A stretch of DNA of 64,000 nt, taken from contig JBDTBW010000014.1 of the NCBI GenBank assembly GCA_039923855.1, positions 15,522-79,521 on the forward strand, given 5' to 3'. Positions 27,358-35,353 of this stretch are shown here, piece after piece; position 1 is the first letter of the stretch; each line of letters starts with the position of its first letter. The stretch is from Rhodanobacteraceae bacterium (GTDB lineage Bacteria; Pseudomonadota; Gammaproteobacteria; Xanthomonadales; Rhodanobacteraceae). The position numbers and the translations under genes are program-made. The notes beneath the pieces were generated by a model. That model ran no database searches and had not been told where the DNA came from. It saw only the letters and a program-made list of their open reading frames with translations.

Positions 27358-27864
27358 ATGCCGGCTGCCAAGTACATCGAGCCTTATATCGAGCATGGTC
27401 ACAAGTGTGACCGGGTGAGAAAAGTCACCGTCTCGATTCCGCTGCATGTGCTCCGGTTGCTTTCCGACGAACGTACACGTCGTCAGGTGTTGAATCTGCG
27501 GCACGCCAGCAACAGCGATCTTTTGTGCGAGGCGTTCCTGCATGCGTTTACTGGGCAACCACTGCCAACTGATGAGGAGCTGAGAAGAACCATGGCTATG
27601 AAAAAAGCTGCGAAGAAATCCGCCAAGAAGGCGGCGAAGAAATCCACCAAACGCGCCAAGGCCCGCAAACCGGCCCGCGCCAAGACCGCTTCGGCACGCA
27701 AGACCGCCAAGCGCAAGACCGCCCGCAAGGCCGCCAAGAAACCGGCGCGCAAGCGTGCGACCAAGAAGAAGGCCCGCAAGGCGCCTGCCAAGAAGGCCGT
27801 GATGGCGAAAGCCGCGCGCGCCAGCAAGGCATCGAAGTCGAAAGCGAAGTCGAAGAAGAAGTAA
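27358..27864 (+). CDS. metJ: MetJ (Met repressor) core domain fused to a ~90-aa histone-H1-like Lys/Ala-rich tail
   Basis: Residues 1-75 ([75 protein letters not shown]) align with E. coli MetJ, with most positions identical. The remainder is [28 protein letters not shown]... An AAGGAAAT SD-like sequence precedes the ATG at 27358. Confidence 0.85.
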   Translation: MPAAKYIEPYIEHGHKCDRVRKVTVSIPLHVLRLLSDERTRRQVLNLRHASNSDLLCEAFLHAFTGQPLPTDEELRRTMAMKKAAKKSAKKAAKKSTKRAKARKPARAKTASARKTAKRKTARKAAKKPARKRATKKKARKAPAKKAVMAKAARASKASKSKAKSKKK

Positions 27865-27985
27865 GAGAAGGTCCACTGTCAAGCAACAGCAACAGCTGAC
27901 GCATACCATAACGATAAGCTTGGCTCTCCCTGCGGTTGCCCAGCGCAGGGGGAGCTAAGGCAAACTTCCATTGCAGCACTTCGTT

Positions 27986-28017
27986 AGCCCCGGTACTTAC
28001 CGGGGCTTTCCGTTTTC
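27986..28017 (+). terminator. Rho-independent terminator after the metJ-like gene
   Basis: AGCCCCGG-TACTTA-CCGGGGCT stem-loop followed by TTCCGTTTTC. Confidence 0.7.
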
Positions 28018-28054
28018 TAGGGAGCAGTTTGTAAAGCTACTGCGCTCGGCATCT

Positions 28055-28232
28055 TGCGCGCCGGCGGTGCTCGTTGCGCGCCGGCGGTGCTCGGATCAGG
28101 CCCGGTACATGGATGTACCGCTTTGGGGCCAAGGAATCCTCATGTATTGACATATACACTCCGGTTCCTGCGCTCCGGCGGCGCGCAACCTGCCTTCGCT
28201 CGCGACGCTTTTCAAATTGCTCTGGCGCGTTC
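28055..28232. repeat. Left copy of a ~160-bp repeat (inverted partner at 33807-33972)
   Basis: Hand alignment with the reverse complement of 33807-33972. The core GGATCAGGCCCGGTACATGGATGTACCGCTTTGGGGCCAAGGAATCCTCATGTA...GTTCCTGCGCTCCGGCGGCGCGCAACCTGCCTTCGCTCG differs at only a handful of positions. The left copy carries a 20-nt tandem duplication (TTGCGCGCCGGCGGTGCTCG x2). Confidence 0.85.
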
Positions 28233-28439
28233 ATCTCGTTCAAAGCGCCCAAATCGACAACGGCTTGGCATTTGCCCGCGCGGGATATTGGCGCTATGTT
28301 TCGGCCGTCGCGCGGGCGCGCGGCGGGGGCCGCGATCCCTTGCAAGGAAACCAGGCGCATTGCGTGCGCCGATGGAACGTTTCATGCAAGCAGATCCGGT
28401 GTGGCGCGGCTTTCGCGCAGTCCAGGTGAGCCCAGACCC

Positions 28440-29489
28440 ATGTCCACAACGATTCTTTCGGCCGATTCCGTTGTTTCCGCGCGCGCGCGATTGCGCCTCG
28501 CCGCCGCGACTTCGTTCGCGCTGTTGCTCTGCGCTTGCGGTGGCGGTAACGCGCCACCGAACGCCAACGCCCCGGTGCCGAAGCCGGCAGCGTCCGCGCC
28601 GGCGCCAGCCGTTCCCGCGGCGGCACCCGCGCCTTCGTCCACCGTTGCGGCGGCCGAACAAGCGGCGCAGGCGGCACAGGCCAGGATGGAAACGATGAGT
28701 GTCCAACAATTGCTGGCCGAGGCGCGCACCGCGTTCGGTCAGCAGCGGCTGCTCGCGCCAAAAGGTAACAATGCCTTCGAATATTATGAAAAGGCGCTGC
28801 AAAAAGATCCGAAGAACCAGGTCGCGCAGGACGCGTTGCGCGAAGCGTTCCCGGTCGGCGCCAACATGGTCGAGCAGACGATCGGCCAGAACAATTACGA
28901 CGAGGCGCAACGCGAAATCGATTTGCTGGCCAAGGCCGACCCCAGCAATTACACGTTGACGATCCTGCGTTCCAAGCTGGAGGCCGCGAAAAGGCAACAA
29001 CAGCGCGCGGACGCATTGAAAGCCAAGCAAGCCGCCGATCTCGCCGCCAAGCAAGCCGAGATCGCCAAGGCGGCCGCGGCTGCGGCAGCCAAGGCCGCCG
29101 CGCCCCCGCCCGCACCAGCGCCCGCGCCGGTCGTCCAGCAACCGGTGGTGGAGCAGCCCAAACCCGTGCCGGTGCAAGCGGCGCCTGAGCCGCCGCCGCC
29201 GAAACCGGCAGGCGAAACGCGCGGCGCGGAGCCGATCAGCCAGGCAGCGCCGAACTATCCGCTCGAGGCCGCGCGCAATCAGACCTCGGGTTACGCGGTG
29301 GTCGAGTTCACGGTAAATGCGGATGGCTCGGTCAGCGGTGCGCGCGTCACCGACTCGCAACCGCCGCGCGTCTTCAACAGCGCCGCGATTCAAGCGGTCT
29401 CGCGCTCGCGCTACCGCCCGGCACTTAAAGACGGCCAACCGGTCTCCAGCAGTTTGCAGCGGCGCGTCGACTTCAAATTCGGGGGGTGA
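28440..29489 (+). CDS. Probable lipoprotein with a Pro/Ala-rich linker and a C-terminal TonB domain
   Basis: FALLLCACGG lipobox-like signal, APPPAPAPAPVVQQP linker, and C-terminal YPLEAARNQTSGYAVVEFTVNADGSV...RYRPALKDGQPV (TonB_C). Start at the ATG at 28440, in frame with the 28074 ORF. Confidence 0.8.
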   Translation: MSTTILSADSVVSARARLRLAAATSFALLLCACGGGNAPPNANAPVPKPAASAPAPAVPAAAPAPSSTVAAAEQAAQAAQARMETMSVQQLLAEARTAFGQQRLLAPKGNNAFEYYEKALQKDPKNQVAQDALREAFPVGANMVEQTIGQNNYDEAQREIDLLAKADPSNYTLTILRSKLEAAKRQQQRADALKAKQAADLAAKQAEIAKAAAAAAAKAAAPPPAPAPAPVVQQPVVEQPKPVPVQAAPEPPPPKPAGETRGAEPISQAAPNYPLEAARNQTSGYAVVEFTVNADGSVSGARVTDSQPPRVFNSAAIQAVSRSRYRPALKDGQPVSSSLQRRVDFKFGG

Positions 29490-29705
29490 GGCGCAGCGTT
29501 TACGCGATGCGTTGAATCGCATCGCGTGCTGCGCCGAACGCACGGCCAGGGACGGCCGGGCCGGCGTCACGCACCAGGGATGGTTACTTGCCTCAACTCA
29601 AAAGCGCGTTTGCTATCTGCCTTGAATAGCCGCAGCGGCGCCACGCACCAGGGATGCTTGCTTGCGCGTTTTTGCTTTTCGCGCACTTACGAGTTGCGCT
29701 TCGGA

Positions 29706-31145
29706 TCAATGCCTCGCCGGCCGCAGGCTCTTGTGCACACGCCGGCTCTTGCTCGACGATTTTCTCGATGGCTTTGGCGCGACGCGCAGCGGTGCGTTCA
29801 ATCCTGCCCAGTCCTCGAAGGGAAGGCCCAGCATCTTGTCGAACACCATCGGCATCAACCCGGCCGGTTCCGCGCATTCGCAATTCCACAGGATCACCAT
29901 GCCGGCGTGGTATTTCGGAAAGAATCCGATCTCGGCCCGGTACCCCTGCACCGCGCCCGCGTGGAAGATCAGCGTTTCGCCGGCATAGGTGTAGACGCGC
30001 CAGCCCAGTGCGTATTTCGCGTCCGACAATCGCGCGCGCCGCCACGGTGACGCCACGCGCTCGCCGGGCGTGTCGATTACCGGCGCGTGCAACGTTTCCA
30101 GCAGCGATTGCGGCAGCACCGGCGGCCGCCCGCCCATCTGCGCGATCAACCATTGCTCCATGTCGCGCACGCTGGCATTGACGCCCGCCGCGGGCGGCAC
30201 ATGATAGAAACCCTCGCTGGGTTCGAACGGTGCCCAGCCGTTGGCGCGGCGGTAATGCGGGTGCGCCCAGCTCTTGCTCGATTCCAGTCCGTCGCGGCCA
30301 TAAGTCGCCGTGGTCATGCCCAGCGGCAGGAACAGCCGCTTGTCGACCAGGTGATAGAAGAAGTCCCCGGTCTTGGCGTAGATCACATCGCCGATAAGCG
30401 AAAAGGCGACGTTCTGGTAGCCGTAGCATTCGCCGACGTTGCAGGTCATGTCGACTTCGTCCAGCTTGCGTGCCAGTTCCTCGTATGGCACTTCGTCGGA
30501 AAGCAGGTTGTCGTAGGCATTGCGCGGCAGCCCAAGACGCTGGCCCAGAATGTCGCGCACCGTGGCCTGTTCGGTGGCGTGCGCATCCTTCAATTTGAAA
30601 AATGGCAGCACGTCCGCGAGCCGCGTGTCCCAGGACAAATACCCGTCGCGCACCAGCAGGCCCGTCAACGCGGTGGCGAACGCCTTGGACAGCGAGGCGA
30701 GACGGAAAACGGTATCGGGTTGCACCTTCTCGCCGGTTTGCGCGTCTGCGTAACCCAGCGTGCGCTCGAAACGCACCTTGTCGTCGACTACCACCGCGGT
30801 CGCCAAGCCCGCCACACGATTGGACGCGGCGACCTGGTCGAGCCAGCCGTCGTAACTCTTGATCGCGTCGCGCACCCGCACGGGCGGCAGTTGCGCCACC
30901 GGGCCCGTGTGCACCACGTTGGGTTCCTGCGGTGGCCGCGCCAACGCAGATGTCGCGCAAGACATCGCACATATGAGGAGCAGCGCGAACGCGATGCGAA
31001 CGCAACGGGGCCGCGTGTTAAGCTCGGCGTCGGGTTGGTTGGATGACCGCGCGCGTCGCGTGCGGATGAACGAGGAGAAGAATGTGATAGGCATGATCCT
31101 GGTGCTGGTCGTCATCGTGGTGATTGTGCTGTACTTCGTCAGCAT
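29706..31145 (-). CDS. Serine hydrolase of the beta-lactamase/transpeptidase-like family (class C/esterase-like)
   Basis: SxxK motif in FRLASLSKAF; signal-like RIAFALLLICAMSCATSALA. The start is uncertain: M at 31145, 31115 or 31094, and each overlaps the divergent lemA 5' end. Confidence 0.75.
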   Translation of the reverse strand: MLTKYSTITTMTTSTRIMPITFFSSFIRTRRARSSNQPDAELNTRPRCVRIAFALLLICAMSCATSALARPPQEPNVVHTGPVAQLPPVRVRDAIKSYDGWLDQVAASNRVAGLATAVVVDDKVRFERTLGYADAQTGEKVQPDTVFRLASLSKAFATALTGLLVRDGYLSWDTRLADVLPFFKLKDAHATEQATVRDILGQRLGLPRNAYDNLLSDEVPYEELARKLDEVDMTCNVGECYGYQNVAFSLIGDVIYAKTGDFFYHLVDKRLFLPLGMTTATYGRDGLESSKSWAHPHYRRANGWAPFEPSEGFYHVPPAAGVNASVRDMEQWLIAQMGGRPPVLPQSLLETLHAPVIDTPGERVASPWRRARLSDAKYALGWRVYTYAGETLIFHAGAVQGYRAEIGFFPKYHAGMVILWNCECAEPAGLMPMVFDKMLGLPFEDWAGLNAPLRVAPKPSRKSSSKSRRVHKSLRPARH

Positions 31146-31668
31146 CTACAACGGACTCGTCACCGCGCGCAATAGTTTCAAGAACGCCTTTGCGCAAATC
31201 GACGTGCAGTTGACAAGACGCCACGATCTGATTCCGAATCTGGTCGAGACGGTCAAGGCCTACATGGGGCACGAGCGTGGCACGCTGGAAGCCGTGACCG
31301 CCGCGCGCACCGCCGCGGTCAGCGGGCTCGCGGCCGCCAAGGCGCAACCGGGCGACGCGCAGGCGATGCAGCAGCTCGCGGGCAGCGAGAACCAGTTGAC
31401 GCAGGCATTGGGCCGATTGTTCGCGGTCAGCGAGGCGTATCCGGATCTGAAAGCCAACCAGAACATGATGCAGTTGTCGGAGGAACTGAGCTCCACCGAA
31501 AACCGTGTTGCGTTCGCGCGGCAGGCGTTCAACGACGCCGTGATGAACTACAACAACCGCCGTGAAACGTTCCCCGGTTCGCTGCTGGCGTCCAGCTTCG
31601 CCGCGGCCGAGCCGCTGGCGATCGACGATCCGGTCAAGCGCGAAGCGCCGAAGGTTAGTTTTCAATAG
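31066..31668 (+). CDS. lemA: LemA family protein
   Basis: N-terminal TM helix, then YNGLVTARNSFKNAFAQIDVQLTRRHDLIPNLVETVKAYMGHE, a canonical LemA sequence. Confidence 0.9.
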   Translation: MNEEKNVIGMILVLVVIVVIVLYFVSIYNGLVTARNSFKNAFAQIDVQLTRRHDLIPNLVETVKAYMGHERGTLEAVTAARTAAVSGLAAAKAQPGDAQAMQQLAGSENQLTQALGRLFAVSEAYPDLKANQNMMQLSEELSSTENRVAFARQAFNDAVMNYNNRRETFPGSLLASSFAAAEPLAIDDPVKREAPKVSFQ

Positions 31669-31781
31669 GAGCGGCGGGAGCAGGTAGTAGGAAGTAGGAA
31701 GTAGGAAATAGAAGAAAGCGAATGCATCGCGAAGGCGACTACCCTACTTTCCACTCACTACCTCCCACTTCCGCTCCTGCC
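31668..31781. other. Long imperfect hairpin filling the lemA-M48 intergenic gap, with a GTAGGAA x3 heptad repeat in the 5' arm
   Basis: The purine-rich arm GGAGCGGCGGGAGCAGGTAGTAGGAAGTAGGAAGTAGG (31668-31706) is largely complementary to the pyrimidine-rich arm CCTACTTTCCACTCACTACCTCCCACTTCCGCTCC (31743-31777). Confidence 0.6.
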
Positions 31782-31783
31782 TT

Positions 31784-33790
31784 ATGGAATTCTTCGCCCA
31801 ACAAGCGCGCGTCCGGCGCAACGGCCGCACCCTGGTGGTGTTGTTCGTGCTGGCGGTGCTGGCGATCGTTCTTGCGGTCGATGTGATCTGCGCAGTGGTG
31901 CTGCGCATCGGCCCGCGGCCGCTACCGCTGCTGGGTATCTCGATGGCGGTGATCGCGCTGATCGCGTTGTGTTCGGCCTATCGGGTGGCGAGTCTCTCCA
32001 GCGGCGGCGCGGCGGTCGCGCAGGGGCTGAAAGCAACGCCGGTGCCGGCCGACACGACCAATCCTGCGTGGAAACGCCTGCGCAATGTCATTGAAGAGGT
32101 TGCGATTGCGTCGGGCGTGCCCGTCCCGGAAATATTCGTGCTGGAAAACGAACCGGGCATCAACGCGTTCGCGGCGGGTTACACGCCGGCCGACGCCGCG
32201 GTGTGCGTGACGCAGGGGTGTCTGGACAAACTCACCCGCGACGAATTGCAGGGCGTGATCGCGCATGAGTTCAGCCATGTGCTGAACGGCGACATGCGTT
32301 TGAACATCCGCCTTATCGGCTTGCTGTTCGGGATTCTGGCAATCGGCATCGTCGGACGGATTTTGATGTACAGCGGCAGCGGACGCAGCCGTCGCAACGG
32401 CGGCAACGTCGCGTTGGCGGGATTGGCGTTATTCGTGATCGGCTCCATCGGATTGTTCTTCGGCAAATTGATCCAGGCGGCCGTCGCGCGCACGCGCGAG
32501 TCGCTTGCGGACGCCTCGGCGGTGCAGTTCACGCGGCAGACGTCGGGCATCGCTGGCGCGTTGAAGAAGATCGCAGCATTGGTGGACGGTTCGCAATTGC
32601 AGGCGAGCGGCCGCGACGAAGTACGGCATATGCTGTTCGGCGACGCCGATCGATCGTCCTTGTTCGCCACTCATCCGCCGATCCTCGAGCGCATCCGCGC
32701 GCTGGAGCCGCAATTCGATCCGAAGGAGCTGGACAAGATCGTCCACGATTGGACGCGGGCCGGCGGCGATCCGGACTCGATCCATTTGCAGCACGACTCG
32801 GAAGGCTCGCGCAAATTCGCGCATGATTTCGCCCGCGCGGACGGAGATGTGCTGGGCAACGAGTTGCATGGCTTCCCGCCCGCTCGTCCCGCGCCCGCGG
32901 GAACGAATGCCGGAGCGGCTTCAGCCGGCGCAATGCGCGGAATACTGCCCATGCGGGGTGCCGCGTTCGCGATCACGGCCGCGGCGGTCGCTGCCCAGGT
33001 CGGCACCCCGGGCGTCGATGATTATCGCGCCGCGGCGTCGCTGCACGCGCGCATCCCCGACGTGCTCGCGGCACAGGCGCGCGACGCGCGCGGCGCACTG
33101 GCGATCGTGTTCGCGCTGGCCTTGTCGGATCAAGCCGATTTGCGACAGCGCCAGTTGCTTGTCATCACGCAGTCATTCGATGCCTCGCTGACCGACGCGG
33201 TGCGCAACGCGGCGATGCACATGAGCGAATTGCATCCGATGTTGCGGTTGCCGCTGGCGCAGCTTGCGTTTCCCGCGCTGAAGCGCCGGCCACGGCCGGA
33301 ACTGGAGCGCTTCGTCGCCACGCTGGATGCGCTGATCCGCGCCGATGGCAGCGTCGAGCTGGACGAATACTGTCTGGCGAAGCTGGTGCAGGTTCAGGTG
33401 ATCGCCGCGCTCGACCCCGCCGCGAATTTCAAGGCCGGGAATGTGCGGTTGACCGATGCGCGGGATTCCCTGTGCGACCTGTGCGCGCTCCTCGCGCACT
33501 TCGGCAACGACGACGAGGACGCCGCGCGCCGCGCGTTCCTGCTGGCGATGCAAGAAGCGCTGCCCGATTCGACGTCGTTGTATGCGATCCCGGAAGACTG
33601 GCAAACCTCGCTGGATGGAGCGTTGGCGCAGCTCGCGCGGCTTTCCCCTGAGGGCAAGGAATTGACGGTGCGCGCGCTGACCCGCGCGATCGCCGAGGAT
33701 GGCGTGGTCAGCGTCGCCGAATCGGAACTGCTGCGCGTGGTGTGCGCGGTGCTGGCGTGTCCGTTGCCGCCGTTGCTGAGTGGCGAGTAG
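31784..33790 (+). CDS. M48-family zinc metallopeptidase (HtpX-like) with a ~350-aa uncharacterised C-terminal domain
   Basis: MEFFAQQARVRRNGRTLVV N-terminus, TM helices, HEFSHVLNGD (HExxH). Confidence 0.85.
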   Translation: MEFFAQQARVRRNGRTLVVLFVLAVLAIVLAVDVICAVVLRIGPRPLPLLGISMAVIALIALCSAYRVASLSSGGAAVAQGLKATPVPADTTNPAWKRLRNVIEEVAIASGVPVPEIFVLENEPGINAFAAGYTPADAAVCVTQGCLDKLTRDELQGVIAHEFSHVLNGDMRLNIRLIGLLFGILAIGIVGRILMYSGSGRSRRNGGNVALAGLALFVIGSIGLFFGKLIQAAVARTRESLADASAVQFTRQTSGIAGALKKIAALVDGSQLQASGRDEVRHMLFGDADRSSLFATHPPILERIRALEPQFDPKELDKIVHDWTRAGGDPDSIHLQHDSEGSRKFAHDFARADGDVLGNELHGFPPARPAPAGTNAGAASAGAMRGILPMRGAAFAITAAAVAAQVGTPGVDDYRAAASLHARIPDVLAAQARDARGALAIVFALALSDQADLRQRQLLVITQSFDASLTDAVRNAAMHMSELHPMLRLPLAQLAFPALKRRPRPELERFVATLDALIRADGSVELDEYCLAKLVQVQVIAALDPAANFKAGNVRLTDARDSLCDLCALLAHFGNDDEDAARRAFLLAMQEALPDSTSLYAIPEDWQTSLDGALAQLARLSPEGKELTVRALTRAIAEDGVVSVAESELLRVVCAVLACPLPPLLSGE

Positions 33791-33806
33791 TGCGCACAGG
33801 TATCGG

Positions 33807-33972
33807 ACTGAGCGATTTGAAAGCGTGACGAGCGAAGGCAGGTTGCGCGCCGCCGGAGCGCCGGAGCGCCGGAGCGCAGGAACAGGAGTGTACACGTCAG
33901 TACATGAGGATTCCTTGGTCCCAAAGCGGTACATCCATGTACCGGGCCTGATCCGAGCGCCGCCGGCGCGCT
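33807..33972. repeat. Right, inverted copy of the ~160-bp repeat
   Basis: Reverse complement aligns with 28075-28232. It carries a GCTCCGGC x3 microsatellite expansion relative to the left copy. Confidence 0.85.
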
Positions 33973-34014
33973 ACACATCGATTGAATCAGGCCGAGCGCG
34001 AGCTTTCAAACCGC

Positions 34015-34443
34015 TCAGCCAGCGATGTAGCGTTGCAGGTGATCGATCTCGACGGCTTGATCGTCGATCACCGCCTTGACCAGATCGCCGATCGAAACCA
34101 CGCCGGTCACGCGGCCGTCCTCTGTCACCGGCAGATGACGCACGCGCTGGTCGGTGCAAAGCCGCATGCATTCGTCCACCGTCGCGGCCGGGTCCACGCT
34201 GATCGGCGCGGCGTTCATGATCTCGGATACCGCGGTATCTTTCGAGGAGCGGCCTTTCAGGATCACCTTGCGCGCGTAATCGCGCTCGGTGACGATGCCG
34301 AGCAGCTCGCCGTCGCGCATCACCAGCAGCGCGCCGATGCCGCGTTCGGCCATGCTGCGGATCGCGTCCAGCACCGGCGATTCCGCCGCGATCGTATACA
34401 CCGCGTTGCCCTTGGCTTCCAGCAGATGTTTGACCTGTCGCAT
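34015..34443 (-). CDS. CBS-pair domain protein
   Basis: 142 aa; two CBS motifs (GIGALLVMRDGELLGIVTERD; HLPVTEDGRVTGVVSIGD). Confidence 0.85.
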   Translation of the reverse strand: MRQVKHLLEAKGNAVYTIAAESPVLDAIRSMAERGIGALLVMRDGELLGIVTERDYARKVILKGRSSKDTAVSEIMNAAPISVDPAATVDECMRLCTDQRVRHLPVTEDGRVTGVVSIGDLVKAVIDDQAVEIDHLQRYIAG

Positions 34444-34540
34444 GATGGGTATCTCCGTGCGAGCGATCCCTGATCGCGAAGATCGAAAGCGCCATCCATG
34501 GCCACATTGAATTCGCCACCAGCATATTCTAGCGCGGCCG

Positions 34541-35338
34541 TCAGTGATGGCGGCGTGTGGTGTCGCGCGGCCTCGGTGGATGCGGCTCGAGCACGTACGA
34601 CACGCCGCCCAATTGCGTCATTTGCCGTTCGATCCACGCCGCGCGCCGCTGCACATAGGCCGAGGGACGCCCGGCATGCAGACGGCGCGGATCGGGCAGC
34701 ACGGCGGCGAGCAGCGCGGCCTGGTGCGCGCTCAACTGCGAGGCGTGTTCGCCAAAATACGCTTGTGATGCGGCTTCCACACCATAGATGCCGTCGCCAA
34801 GTTCGGCGATGTTGGCGTACACCTCAAGGATTCGGCGCTTGGGCCAGGTCGCTTCGATCAGCACGGTGAACCACGCCTCGATGCCCTTGCGCACAAAGCT
34901 GCGGCCATTCCACAGGAACAGATTCTTGGCGGTCTGCTGGCTGATGGTACTGGCCCCGCGCAGGCGCATGCCCTGATCCGCCTTGTCGATCGCCTGGTGG
35001 ATCGATTCGAAATCGAAACCGTGATGGAACGGGAATTTCTGGTCCTCACTGGCGACCATCGCCAAGGGCGCTGTCGGCGCGATCCGCGACCACGGCACCC
35101 ATTGATAGCGCAGATGAAAACCATGTTCGCCGTGCACCGCCGCGCCAATGCGGCGCTCGATCATGAAAGCGCTGATGGCCGGCGGCACGAAACGCAACAC
35201 CAGCACCGGCAGCCAGCTCGCGACGATGAAAACGACGATCGCGATCAGCAGTGCGCGCAGGATGCGCCGCCAGTGGGCCAGCGTGGAGACGGGTTGCTTT
35301 CCCTGCTCTACTTCGAGAAGAAGGTTGGTGCGGCGCAT
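34541..35338 (-). CDS. mtgA: Monofunctional biosynthetic peptidoglycan transglycosylase
   Basis: ASEDQKFPFHHGFD, RGASTISQQTAKN and RKGIEAW GT51 motifs. ATG at 35338; the ORF-track TTG at 35353 abuts the upstream stop. Confidence 0.9.
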   Translation of the reverse strand: MRRTNLLLEVEQGKQPVSTLAHWRRILRALLIAIVVFIVASWLPVLVLRFVPPAISAFMIERRIGAAVHGEHGFHLRYQWVPWSRIAPTAPLAMVASEDQKFPFHHGFDFESIHQAIDKADQGMRLRGASTISQQTAKNLFLWNGRSFVRKGIEAWFTVLIEATWPKRRILEVYANIAELGDGIYGVEAASQAYFGEHASQLSAHQAALLAAVLPDPRRLHAGRPSAYVQRRAAWIERQMTQLGGVSYVLEPHPPRPRDTTRRHH

Positions 35339-35353
35339 GTTCAAGCCCAGCAA

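Noticed and set aside
29706-31145. Calling the serine hydrolase an antibiotic-resistance beta-lactamase (AmpC).
   Set aside because: Only the generic SxxK motif and the fold family are recognisable from the sequence. Many such proteins are esterases or peptidases, and no resistance claim can be supported.
31691-31711. GTAGGAA x3 repeat as a CRISPR or other spaced-repeat array.
   Set aside because: It is a contiguous 7-nt microsatellite with no spacers, and it forms one arm of a hairpin. It is not CRISPR-like.
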